From Candidatus Cloacimonadota bacterium (GTDB lineage: Bacteria; Cloacimonadota; Cloacimonadia; G963667145), in assembly GCA_963667255.1 (NCBI GenBank), contig OY762940.1:1152001-1216000 (forward strand): 64,000 bases of DNA, in the 5' to 3' direction. Position 1 is the stretch's first letter, and every line of letters begins with the position of its first letter. Shown here in pieces: positions 50,680 to 60,370 of this stretch. The notes beneath the pieces were generated by a model that saw nothing but the letters and a program-made list of their open reading frames with translations, did not search any database and had not been told where the DNA came from. The translations under genes and the position numbers were made by a program.

Positions 50680-51081
50680 ATGGGTTTAAGAAGAAAGGGT
50701 CGGGAAATTGCTATGCAGGCACTCTATGGTGATGATTACGACAAACAAAGGGTTTTTGATACTTTGGAGCAGATAGGCAATGACGAACAATTGGCTTCAA
50801 ATAGTTCTATCATTTTGTTTGCCAAAGAGTTAGTTTCTGGAGTGTTGGACAATTTGGAGCAAATTGACAGGATTATAATTACGAAATCGAAAAATTGGGA
50901 ATTTTCCAGAATTTCTCCCGTAGATAAGGCATTGCTGAGGATAGGAATTTTTGAACTTCTAAACACCAGTGTTCCTCGAGCCGTTGTCATTAATGAGGCT
51001 ATAGAGATTGCCAAAGTTTTTTCGACCGTGTCTTCGGGAAAATTTATCAATGGAATTTTGAATCAAGTTGAAGCGGATTGA
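50680..51081 (+). CDS. nusB: Transcription antitermination factor NusB
   Basis: RRKGRE.AMQALY, NW...RI..VD..LLR, VINEAIEIAK, FINGIL. Confidence 0.95.
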   Translation: MGLRRKGREIAMQALYGDDYDKQRVFDTLEQIGNDEQLASNSSIILFAKELVSGVLDNLEQIDRIIITKSKNWEFSRISPVDKALLRIGIFELLNTSVPRAVVINEAIEIAKVFSTVSSGKFINGILNQVEAD

Positions 51082-51129
51082 AATAGTTTTTTAAGTTAGT
51101 TATTATTGCACTTTGGGAGAGTTAATAGT

Positions 51130-51969
51130 ATGAATTTTCAGGATATAATAAAAAATCTTAATAATTTTTGGGCAGATTGCGGTTGCAATATTTTGCAACC
51201 TTATGATGAGCAAGTTGGAGCCGGGACATTTCATCCTGCAACTTTTTTCGGCTCGTTGTCCGATAAGCCCACTTCTGTTGCTTATGTCCAGCCTTGTCGC
51301 AGACCGAAAGACGGCAGATATGGCGAAAATCCGAACAGATTACAGCATTATTATCAATATCAAGTCATTATCAAGCCTTCTCCAGATGATGTTCAAGAGT
51401 TGTATATCAAGAGCCTTCAGCATATAGGAATTGACACATCCAAGCACGATATTCGTTTTATTGAGGACGATTGGGAGTCTCCGACTTTGGGTGCTTGGGG
51501 ATTGGGATGGGAAGTTTGGCTTGACGGTATGGAAATCACGCAATTTACCTATTTTCAACAAGTTGGTGGCATAAATCTTTCCCCGATTAGTGTGGAACTA
51601 ACCTACGGTTTGGAGAGAATAGCCATGTATATTCAGAAAGTTGACGATTATCGAGACATTGCTTGGAACGACAAAACGACCTACGGCGATCTTTTCTACC
51701 AGAGAGAGGCACAATTCACAAATTTCAACTTTAACTATTCCGCACCTTCCATTTTATTTAAGCAATTTGATGAATATCGGGAGCAAGTTTTGTTTTTGTT
51801 GAAGAATGATTTGGTTTATCCTGCATACGATTATTTGTTGAAATGTTCACATTTATTCAATCTTCTTGATGCTCGAGGCTCTATTTCGGTCACACAACGA
51901 ACCGCCTATATCAAATCCATTCGGGATATGGCGAAGGGTTGTGCTCAAAAATATATCCAATTAAATTAA
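51130..51969 (+). CDS. glyQ: Glycine-tRNA ligase alpha subunit
   Basis: [49 protein letters not shown]. Confidence 0.98.
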   Translation: MNFQDIIKNLNNFWADCGCNILQPYDEQVGAGTFHPATFFGSLSDKPTSVAYVQPCRRPKDGRYGENPNRLQHYYQYQVIIKPSPDDVQELYIKSLQHIGIDTSKHDIRFIEDDWESPTLGAWGLGWEVWLDGMEITQFTYFQQVGGINLSPISVELTYGLERIAMYIQKVDDYRDIAWNDKTTYGDLFYQREAQFTNFNFNYSAPSILFKQFDEYREQVLFLLKNDLVYPAYDYLLKCSHLFNLLDARGSISVTQRTAYIKSIRDMAKGCAQKYIQLN

Positions 51970-51976
51970 ATAGGAA

Positions 51977-52711
51977 ATGCTTATGTTATTTAGATTTTTG
52001 ATTTTTATTTGTCTGCTTTTCTCTTTTACTCTTGGTTTTGGTGAGGATACTGAGAAGGTTGAGGTAAAACAAGAAGAAGTAGAGAACACTGTAGAAGAGG
52101 AAAGTTCATTCAAGATTTTTTCGAATTGCGAAGGGAATCTAAAAGAAGTGCAAGTTGTAGATGGTAATAGTGGAAAAAAAGACAGCAGTTCTCTTGATGT
52201 GATTGACGAAAAAGCTGCTGGAAACCTATACGATATGGAATTCCCAATAAAAGCAACTTTTGACTTTAATAAGCACGAGTTGCAAACCAAAGGGGTCTAT
52301 GTTCTCTACACAATGAGAAGAATATATTTTATTATCGGTGGCAGAGTTTATGGTCCGGTATACGACTCCAAAAAGGAGTTTTGGGAAAATAAGTGGGTAA
52401 TGCCGAAAGACTTCCAAAAAATTGCAAAAGATGAAGATTATGAAATTTATTATTTTGGTGATGTGCCTTACATACAACTAAAAAAATTCCATATCTATTG
52501 GCTATCTAAGTATAATACCAAAAAATATAAAGAGGCTACTACGAACGAATGTTATTTCACAGATATTTTGCTTAAAATGACCAATTACAAAATTAAATTT
52601 TATTCAATGTCTGAGGGGATGAGATTGTATGTGAAAGTTCCGCAAATAATGAAGAAGACCGAAAAATATTTCCCTCCTATAAAAGAAGTTTTTGAAGGCG
52701 AATTTCTTTAA
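51977..52711 (+). CDS. Hypothetical exported protein
   Basis: 244-aa ORF filling the gap; signal-peptide-like N-terminus, acidic linker, aromatic-rich domain. Confidence 0.7.
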   Translation: MLMLFRFLIFICLLFSFTLGFGEDTEKVEVKQEEVENTVEEESSFKIFSNCEGNLKEVQVVDGNSGKKDSSSLDVIDEKAAGNLYDMEFPIKATFDFNKHELQTKGVYVLYTMRRIYFIIGGRVYGPVYDSKKEFWENKWVMPKDFQKIAKDEDYEIYYFGDVPYIQLKKFHIYWLSKYNTKKYKEATTNECYFTDILLKMTNYKIKFYSMSEGMRLYVKVPQIMKKTEKYFPPIKEVFEGEFL

Positions 52712-52717
52712 ATAATA

Positions 52718-53224
52718 GTGATGAAATTAAAGCTAAGAGATTTGACCATTTTGGCTTGTTTGACGGGATTTGCCATTTGCGGATATGCATTTGAATCTTT
52801 GATTCCCAAGCCTTTACCTTTTTTCAGATTGGGCATTGCCAATATACCGGTTCTTTATCTGATTATTAAAAACAAATTTTTGCTTTCTTTTTTTGTGGCA
52901 ATAGGAAAGGTTGTCGGCGGTAATTTGCTTGTAGGAACTTTGTTTTCTGTTCAATTTGTTTTTTCTTTTTCGGGAACTGTTGTTGCTTGCCTATTTATGA
53001 TAAATTCTCGAATTTTCCTGAAAACCCTTGGCATTGTGGGCGTTAGTGTTATTGGGGCATATGTTTCATCTCTCGTGCAATTATATTTGGCATCTATAAT
53101 GCTGTCCGACAATTTATTTTATCTGTTTGCTCCGTTTTCTCTTACTTCCATTTTTTCCGGCATAGTTGTTGGGATAACTGTTTTTTATATTGATGACAAC
53201 TTGGAGATGAAATTGACATGGTAA
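52718..53224 (+). CDS. Gx transporter family / heptaprenyl diphosphate synthase component I-like membrane protein
   Basis: ESLIP.PLP.FRLGIANI, SFSG, GVSVIGA; multiple TM segments. Confidence 0.8.
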   Translation: MMKLKLRDLTILACLTGFAICGYAFESLIPKPLPFFRLGIANIPVLYLIIKNKFLLSFFVAIGKVVGGNLLVGTLFSVQFVFSFSGTVVACLFMINSRIFLKTLGIVGVSVIGAYVSSLVQLYLASIMLSDNLFYLFAPFSLTSIFSGIVVGITVFYIDDNLEMKLTW

Positions 53225-55638
53225 GAAAATATTTAAGAAACTATTTGTTTGTGCTTTTGGGTTTTCTTTCTTTGGGAATTGGGGTTGTTGTCAGTATTTT
53301 TTCCTTTTATAATTCCCAATTGCCACCATTGACAGCCATAAAATCTTTCGATTTTAAAACAGGCTCTGAGGTTTATGATAAGGATGGGAATCTTGTCTAC
53401 ACTTTTGCTTATGAATCGAGAGAATATTTACCCATTAATGAAATCCCCGAGTATGTGAGCAAAACTTTGTGTGCCGTAGAGGACAAGAAGTTTTATGACC
53501 ACTGGGGCGTAGATATTTTGGGAATCATCAGAGCTTTGGTGTTTGGGGTAGTAGGAGGACAAAGAATCTCCGGGACCAGCACCATAACTCAGCAATTGGC
53601 AAAAAATATGTTCCTCTCTTCAGACAGGTCTTTCGGTCGAAAGATTAAAGAGGCTATGTTGGCGATCAAGTTAGAGGGAGCTTTTTCCAAGAGCGAAATT
53701 TTGGAATTTTATTTGAACAAAGTTTATCTTGGAGCGGGACAATTCGGCATTGAAGCTGCATCTCAAAGGTATTTTAAAAAATCTGCCCGTTACCTCAGCA
53801 AGTTGGAAGCAGCTTTTTTAATAGGACTTTTGAAAGCTCCCGAGGGATATTCCCCTTACAAATATCCTTTCGCTTCTATTGAGAGAAGAAACCTTGTTTT
53901 ACGCAGAATGCTGGCTGAGGGCGTTATTTATGAGAGCGAGTATGATGACTTCAGATACAAGTTGTTGCAATTTGCTTCACATAGCAAGAAGAGTAATTCT
54001 ATAGATTACTACATAGATTATGTGAAAAGGGAGTTGCTAAAAAGATATTCGGTTGACCAAATTTTTGGTGGTGGGTTAAAGATTTACACTCCTATGGATT
54101 TTGATTTGCAAAATTATGCCGATACGATTGCGAATGTGGAATTGGCAAAGGTAGAAAATAGGAATAGTTATGAAAAAAAATACAGCGATTATCCGACTGA
54201 CACCACCGATTTCAATACAGATTATTTGCAGGTTGGGATACTCAGTATGGACCCGCGAACCGGTTATGTTCGAGTTTTAACAGGTGGTCGTAATTTTTCT
54301 CATAGCAAATTTAACCGAATTATGCAGGCAAAAAGGCAGCCCGGGTCTTCTTTCAAACCGATAGTTTATTCCGCCGCATTGCGTGCAGGTTATACGCTTG
54401 CAACAGTTATCCAAGACGAACCTGTGGAATTTGTTGAGCACGACACGGTATTTTGGGAGCCTGTGAACTATTCCAGAAAGAATTACAGTTATTTGCGAAT
54501 GAGGGAAGCTCTGAAAGAATCCAAGAATATTTATACCGTCAAAATGTGCTATGATATAACTCCAAAGAAAATTGTTTATATGGGTCGGAATTTTGGATTA
54601 ACGGGAAGGCTTACTTATTCGCAAAGCGTGGCTCTTGGGTCTCATGAATTGACCCCCAGCGAACTCATTAGTGCCTATTCTACTTTCGCCAACAAAGGGA
54701 AACGAGTTGAACCGATTTTTATTACTAAAGTGGAAGATTCGCAAGGGAAAATTTTGTTTGAAACTGAGACTAAAGAAATTGAAGTTTTAACCGAACAAGA
54801 AGCTTTTTTGATGAACAGCATGCTTCAATCTGTGATAAAAGACGGGACTGGCACAAGGGCTCTTTGGATGGGATATCGCTGGACTGCCGGAGGTAAGACC
54901 GGAACAAGCAGTGATTTCCGAGATGCTTGGTTTGTCGGGTTTAACAAATTTTTGGTTACAGGAGTTTGGGTAGGATTTGACGATTTTAGTTCTATCGGCG
55001 AAGGGCAGGCAGGCTCTAATGTAGCTTTGCCTATTTGGACTAAAATTATGATAAAAGCCGTTCATGACAACAAAGAGTTCCGAAATGAGAGAAACGAAAT
55101 TGATAGCAAAAAAATGGAATTTGAGAAGCCGGAAGGCATTGTAACCAAGAAAATATCCAGAGTTACCGGTCTTTTGCCACGAAGTGCAGGGGAGTCCGTG
55201 ATGCTTGAATACTTCATTGACGGAACTCAACCTACGATTTCTTATCCGTATCGCTACAATTTTGCTCCTACTTGTTACAAAAATAATGAAAAAAATAAAT
55301 TGATTATCGATTTTGGTGGTGACCCGTTCGATTGGGAAGCAGCTAAAAATAAAGGGTTTGTTAAAGTTTACCCCGATAGTCTGAAACCTGATTTCTTTGT
55401 TTTGGAAAAATTCAAATTGCCCAAGGCTCCAAGTTATAGCGATGCCGCTGTTATCAGAGACAGAAAATATGTAGAAGATGAAAGACAAGCTGAAGTCGTC
55501 AGACAAGTAAATAAAGAAGACCAACTGATGGATAATCTGTTGGATAGCCTGTTGGTAAAGAGTTACAGAGAAAAGACTGTAGATACACTCGATTCACTCA
55601 CGGAAGAAGATTCGTCTTATTATGATGGACCTTTTTAG
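53218..55638 (+). CDS. Class A penicillin-binding protein (PBP1A family)
   Basis: EDKKFYDHWG, G.STITQQLAKN, RKIKE, RQPGSSFKP (SxxK), SKN, KTGT. Confidence 0.95.
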   Translation: MVRKYLRNYLFVLLGFLSLGIGVVVSIFSFYNSQLPPLTAIKSFDFKTGSEVYDKDGNLVYTFAYESREYLPINEIPEYVSKTLCAVEDKKFYDHWGVDILGIIRALVFGVVGGQRISGTSTITQQLAKNMFLSSDRSFGRKIKEAMLAIKLEGAFSKSEILEFYLNKVYLGAGQFGIEAASQRYFKKSARYLSKLEAAFLIGLLKAPEGYSPYKYPFASIERRNLVLRRMLAEGVIYESEYDDFRYKLLQFASHSKKSNSIDYYIDYVKRELLKRYSVDQIFGGGLKIYTPMDFDLQNYADTIANVELAKVENRNSYEKKYSDYPTDTTDFNTDYLQVGILSMDPRTGYVRVLTGGRNFSHSKFNRIMQAKRQPGSSFKPIVYSAALRAGYTLATVIQDEPVEFVEHDTVFWEPVNYSRKNYSYLRMREALKESKNIYTVKMCYDITPKKIVYMGRNFGLTGRLTYSQSVALGSHELTPSELISAYSTFANKGKRVEPIFITKVEDSQGKILFETETKEIEVLTEQEAFLMNSMLQSVIKDGTGTRALWMGYRWTAGGKTGTSSDFRDAWFVGFNKFLVTGVWVGFDDFSSIGEGQAGSNVALPIWTKIMIKAVHDNKEFRNERNEIDSKKMEFEKPEGIVTKKISRVTGLLPRSAGESVMLEYFIDGTQPTISYPYRYNFAPTCYKNNEKNKLIIDFGGDPFDWEAAKNKGFVKVYPDSLKPDFFVLEKFKLPKAPSYSDAAVIRDRKYVEDERQAEVVRQVNKEDQLMDNLLDSLLVKSYREKTVDTLDSLTEEDSSYYDGPF

Positions 55639-55676
55639 TCGTTATTTTAGATTATAATTTGGAAATTGGAGGAAAA

Positions 55677-56999
55677 ATGGAAAAAATCTTCGTTTTGGAT
55701 ACAAATGTGATTATTCATAATCCCAACTCAATCTTTGCGTTTAAAGATTCCACGGTCGTTATTCCTATCACAGTCTTGGAAGAAATAGACAAATTCAAAA
55801 ACGGTTTGGATGAAAAAAGTCGTAACGCCAGAGAGTTCGGACGAATAATGGATAGGCTCAGAGAAAAATCTGGCTCCGATTTTAGAAAGGGTGTTCCCAT
55901 CAAATCAGGCGGGAAACTTTTTGTCGGATTATCCAGTTTGATTTCTCAAAAGTTGCACGATTTGTTATTGGAGAAAAAAAATGATAATCTTATTATCAGC
56001 ACGGCATTGCATTTCAAAGAGAAAAATCCCGATAAGCGAGTTATTTTGGTTTCCAAGGATGTTAATGTGCGGATTAAAGCTGATGCTTTGGGCTTGGAGG
56101 CACAAAATTTCAAAAATGATCAGGTGAAGTTTGATGAGATTTATACAGGTGTTAGAGAAATTGATTTGAGCGAGAAAGAGCATAAAGATTATAGCAAAAA
56201 CAACTATTTTGAACCACCAAAAAAAGCAAATGTTAAACCCAATGAATTTGCTGTTTTCAAGACCGAAGGTCGCAAGTCTTTGGCACGATACAGTGCCGAA
56301 AACAAGCTTTTTTATCCTCTAAATTTTTATAAGGGCAGTGAATCTATATTTGGTATAGTTCCTCGCAATACAGAGCAAAGGATGGCGATGGATTTATTGC
56401 TTGATCCCGAGATAAAATTGGTAACTCTTTTGGGAACAGCTGGAACTGGTAAAACTTTTTTGGCATTAGCAGCGGGTATGGAGCAAGTTGTGCAAAAAGG
56501 CTTCTACAAAAAAATGGTCGTGTCCAGACCGATTTTCCCTATGGGTAAAGATATTGGGTATTTGCCTGGTTCCAAAAAGGATAAGTTCAATCCTTGGATG
56601 CAACCTATTTATGACAATATGGAAAAAATTATAGAGGATACGGAAGAGTCCAACAAGAAGCAAAAGAGAATTGATGATTATATCGATTTTGGATTGTTGG
56701 AATTGGAGCCTCTCACATACATCAGAGGTCGAAGCCTTACCAATCAATATTTGGTGGTGGATGAAGCACAAAACTTGACCGCTCATGAGATAAAGACGAT
56801 TATTACCAGAGCGGGGGAAAAGACGAAGATTGTCTTCACGGGCGACCCTTATCAGATTGATGTTCCTTATCTCGATTCCGAGTCCAACGGATTGTCTGTT
56901 GCAGTGGAGAAACTGAAAGAAGAAAGTGCTGTCGGGCATGTAACTTTGGTGAAAGGCGAACGGTCGGAGCTTGCCAATATAGCAGCGAGAGATTTTTAG
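55677..56999 (+). CDS. PhoH2-type PIN-PhoH protein
   Basis: FVLDTNV and NDNLI (PIN); GTAGTGKT, YIRGRSL, DEAQN, GDPYQID, ERSELA. Confidence 0.93.
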   Translation: MEKIFVLDTNVIIHNPNSIFAFKDSTVVIPITVLEEIDKFKNGLDEKSRNAREFGRIMDRLREKSGSDFRKGVPIKSGGKLFVGLSSLISQKLHDLLLEKKNDNLIISTALHFKEKNPDKRVILVSKDVNVRIKADALGLEAQNFKNDQVKFDEIYTGVREIDLSEKEHKDYSKNNYFEPPKKANVKPNEFAVFKTEGRKSLARYSAENKLFYPLNFYKGSESIFGIVPRNTEQRMAMDLLLDPEIKLVTLLGTAGTGKTFLALAAGMEQVVQKGFYKKMVVSRPIFPMGKDIGYLPGSKKDKFNPWMQPIYDNMEKIIEDTEESNKKQKRIDDYIDFGLLELEPLTYIRGRSLTNQYLVVDEAQNLTAHEIKTIITRAGEKTKIVFTGDPYQIDVPYLDSESNGLSVAVEKLKEESAVGHVTLVKGERSELANIAARDF

Positions 57000-57005
57000 A
57001 AAAAT

Positions 57006-58075
57006 ATGGATATTCCTCAATGTCGCAGTTGGGTAGAGGTAAATTTAACCAATTATCGCCAAAATATAGAGAAGCTAAAAAAGTTCATCCCGAAAGGGAC
57101 TTCTATTTTGCAGATTGTGAAGGCTAACGCTTACGGTCACGGCTCTGTTACTATAGCCAAAGAGGCTTTGAAAGTCGGAGCTTCGCTTTTCGGAGTGGCA
57201 AATTGTTGGGAAGGTGTGGAGCTTCGCAAAGGCGGAATCTTTGACACTCCTATTTTGGTTTTGTCTCCTTGTTTTGATTTTGAGATTCCTATTCTTAAAA
57301 AATTCAATCTTACGCCTTCTGTTTCTACTCTGGAATTTGCTCGGGAATTTTCTGGCAAAGTGCATATAAATTTGGAGACGGGGATGGGTAGAAGTGGATT
57401 TGATGGGAGTTTGGCAGAATTGGAAGAAATCTGTGCTCTCCCCAATATTGAGGTTGAGGGAATTTATTCTCATTTGGCAGCATCTGAAGACGATTTTGAT
57501 TATACCGAGAACCAGTTAAAAAAATTTGAGGATATTTTGTCCAAATTGTCGTTTAAGCCCAAATACATTCATATTGCCAATAGTGGTGGCATTTTTTCTA
57601 TCAAGTCGCCCATTACCAATATGGTGCGGATTGGTTTGATGAGTTTCGGCGGACAAATTGGCTTTTTTGACAAGATTGATTTAGTTCCAGCTCTGTCTTT
57701 TAAAAGTAGAATTGCTATGATAAAAACCGCTAAAATTGGTCAGACAATTGGCTACAATAGAACATATAAAGCTATGACAGACATTACTTATGCCATTATT
57801 CCGGTTGGTTATGCCGACGGGTATAATTACCTTTTGAAAAATAAAGGCAATGTTCTTGTTAATGATAAGTTATGCCCTGTAATAGGCAAAATATCTATGG
57901 ATATGATTACGGTAGATGTAACAGATTTGAAAGTTTGTGTGGGAGATGAAGTCGTTTTGCTCGGCTGGCAACACCTCAAATTGTATCCCCAAAATGTAGC
58001 AGGTCTGTATGACGGCTCTGGTTACGAAATCCGTGTGCTGTAGGTAGAAGAGCCCAGTGGGTGTATGTTGAGTAG
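57006..58075 (+). CDS. alr: Alanine racemase with apparent 1-bp frameshift near the 3' end
   Basis: VKANAYGHG, TGMGR.G, GYADG, GKISMD; in-frame stop at 58043, but the expected tail CAVGRRAQWVYVE* continues in another frame to 58075. Confidence 0.92.
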
Positions 58076-58107
58076 TGAATATGTTAAATTTGTAGGTAAT
58101 TGCTTTA

Positions 58108-58133
58108 AAAAGAGCCTCGAAAGAGGCTCTTTT
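58108..58133. terminator. Intrinsic terminator after alr
   Basis: Perfect hairpin aaaagagcctc-gaaa-gaggctctttt. Confidence 0.9.
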
Positions 58134-58178
58134 CTGTTGTAAACTAGCTAAAAAAACAAAATTTAGGGGAGCGTGCAT

Positions 58179-59325
58179 TTAATTGGGTCTAATTTCCACT
58201 CCTTTTGAATAATTATTGAACCAAATTTTCAAAAAATGATTCATATTTTTTTCAGATTTAAATCCGTCTAAATTTTTTAATTTCCTATTCAATTGTCGAT
58301 TAATATTTTCAATTTTATTTGTTGTTTTATCCAAAAAATCGTAATGAAAATGAGCAGTTAATAAACCAAAGTTTCGATTAATTGATTTAATAAAACGCTT
58401 ATGAATTTTTAGGCGAAAAAATTTTTCATAGTGATTAAGCGAACTTAAATTATTTTCAGCTTCTTGTAAAGTTTCAGCATTTAAAATGCTCTTAATCAAG
58501 TTCTTAAAGAAAATATTTCGTCTAAAAAACTTACTCTTTTTTGTTTTAGGAACATTGATATTAACGCTTCTTAAATAATGAACCAAGCAAATTTGATGTG
58601 GAACATCTTCAAAAAGTTGGTTAACTGGCTTAACAAAGCACATTGATATTAACGCTTCTTAAATAATGAACCAAGCAAATTTGATGTGGAACATCTTCAA
58701 AAAGTTGGTTAACTGGCTTAACAAAGCACTTCCCTCGCCCAAAATCTGACACAATCCCAATTATTTTGTTGTCATACATTTTTTTTAGTCTATTCAAAAA
58801 GTCTTCAGATGAACTACTATGTTCTCTATCATAAATCTTGTAATATATTGGTTTATCAAGTAGTTTGCTACTGGCGACTAAGACAACTTTTCGCTTACCG
58901 TTTATCTTAATTTCCTTGCCATCAATATAAATTGTTGTCTCATCTATATTGCTGTGTAACACATTATCCTGATATAAATTAGCTCGCTGAGGTATCCAAT
59001 TAAGAATACTATTTTTACAAATCCCATGTCTTTTAGCAACTTCAGAAAGAGAACTTTTGGTTGAAATATAGTCAGTAACAACCTTATCTTTGAATTTTGG
59101 TGCAAAATGAGTTCTCTTATTATATCCAAAATTGGTAAAACTTATTTGGCAATCTTTACAATAAAATCGTTGAGTTTTGACTTTAATTTTCCCACGATTA
59201 GTTGTTCTTTCAGAGAAAATATATCCCTTCTTTTTTGTGTTTAAGCTATCACAATTTGGACAGTGTTTTTTTTGATTATACTCATGGCATTTTAATAAAT
59301 GTTCATAACTTATTCTGTCAAACAT
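58179..59325 (-). pseudogene. DDE transposase split by an 88-bp tandem duplication
   Basis: CPNC...RFYCKDC, HTH, IYIDG, VSDFG, HQICLVH, TTNKIENIN; the two ORFs share the same 29-aa peptide. Confidence 0.88.
58552..58727. repeat. Exact 88-bp tandem duplication
   Basis: 58552-58639 is identical to 58640-58727; AC microhomology at the junction. Confidence 0.93.
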
Positions 59326-59373
59326 AATTAGGTCTTATTTCAGACCCAGTTATTTGCACACTCCCAAATTTAG

Positions 59374-59398
59374 TTGACGAGTTGTCTTGCAGGACAAC
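59374..59398 (+). promoter_or_regulatory. Toxin-antitoxin promoter -35 and palindromic operator
   Basis: TTGACG at 59374-59379 followed by near-palindrome gttgtcttgcaggacaac (59381-59398). Confidence 0.55.
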
Positions 59399-59407
59399 AA
59401 TTTGAGT

Positions 59408-59753
59408 GTGAAAAAGATTAAATATTATGTTGATAGTAATGGCAAATGTCAAGTTTCAGAGTTTATAGAGAAATTGGAGACAAAAGTTAAAACAAAAATT
59501 CTTTGGACATTGAAGATTATCAGTGAAGAGAATAGAGTACCTGACAAATATTTTAAGAAATTGCAAAATACTGACGATATTTAGGAAGTAAGAGTTGGCT
59601 ATAATGGCAATGCTTTCAGGTTTTTAGGGTTTTTTTGATAATGGAGAATTGATTAGTCTAAATCATGCTTTTACGAAAAAGAGTCAAAAAACACCTGCAA
59701 TAGAGATAAAGATTGCCGAGAAGAGAAAGGAGGAATATTATGAGTGCTACTGA
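59408..59753 (+). pseudogene. HigB/RelE (Gp49-like) toxin pseudogene
   Basis: YY...NG...V.EF...YFKKLQNTDDI*EVRV...FRFLGFF / DNG..HAFTKKSQKTP..EI..AEKR; TAG at 59582 where Trp is expected and an extra T in the run at 59630-59636. Confidence 0.85.
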
Positions 59754-60033
59754 TAGATGCATAGATTTTGATGAGCATTTAGAGCAAATGAAAAAAGATG
59801 ATCCGGTATTCAAAAAGGAGTTTGAAGAGGGTTATGAGGCTTTTAAAATTGGTGCTTTGCTCAAGGGAAGTAGACAAAAAGCTAATCTCACTCAAGAGCA
59901 AGTAGCCAAAAGGGTTAATACAACTAAAAATTTCATTTCACGCTTGGAAAATCATGCTAAGGATGTTAAATTTTCCACCTTGTGCAAATATGCAGAGGCT
60001 CTTGGAAAGAAAATCGAGATAAGAATTGTTTAA
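59740..60033 (+). CDS. HigA-like XRE HTH antitoxin
   Basis: D..FK.EFEEGYE.FKIG, LTQEQVA.R..T....ISRLEN; RBS AAGGAGG; overlaps toxin end. Confidence 0.88.
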   Translation: MSATDRCIDFDEHLEQMKKDDPVFKKEFEEGYEAFKIGALLKGSRQKANLTQEQVAKRVNTTKNFISRLENHAKDVKFSTLCKYAEALGKKIEIRIV

Positions 60034-60370
60034 TTATTGAAGGTTGAAAATCCCGCAAATACAGGAAAATAACACATATCCCTCAAAATATTGATCGAAA
60101 ATTTATAAATTATACCGTTGTAATGAGCAAATGCTTGTCACAGCGGTTTTTTTATTGTTCTGGCTGTCAAAATCAATGTGCAGAATACGAAGTTGACACA
60201 AAAACAAAAAAATAGAAGTGGGAAAACGCTAAAACAGGAATTCAGGAGTGTTTAGACTAAGGTCAAGTAAAAATCGGCTCTAAATGAAGCTATTGTAGCA
60301 TTCCGCAAAAAACCCTTGACCAAGAGTATCTCAAAATTATGTTAAGCGAGAGTTTGCTTATTTGGGTTCA

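Larger units (their letters stand above)
58167..59365 (-). mobile_element. Insertion sequence, IS256/Mutator-like
   Basis: Imperfect 24-bp TIRs (gggagcgtgcatttaattgggtct at 58167-58190; reverse complement of 59342-59365 is gggagtgtgcaaataactgggtct) and 8-bp target duplication aaatttag at 58159-58166 and 59366-59373. Confidence 0.92.

Noticed and set aside
54787..55524. Long antisense ORFs (this one, 5176-5862, 30200-30844, 35144-35746 and others)
   Set aside because: They lie opposite well-supported genes and show no recognisable motifs; treated as shadow ORFs
57006..58190. alr truncated by the IS insertion
   Set aside because: The IS boundary (TIR plus target duplication) is at 58167, beyond the alr terminator; the missing Alr tail is present in another frame
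58552..58727. CRISPR-like repeat
   Set aside because: Two adjacent 88-bp copies with no spacer, inside a transposase; no cas genes in the window
59582..59584. TAG read-through (pyrrolysine or alternative code) in the toxin
   Set aside because: A separate frameshift follows, and TAG ends normal-length genes elsewhere in the window (gatB, mraY, murD)
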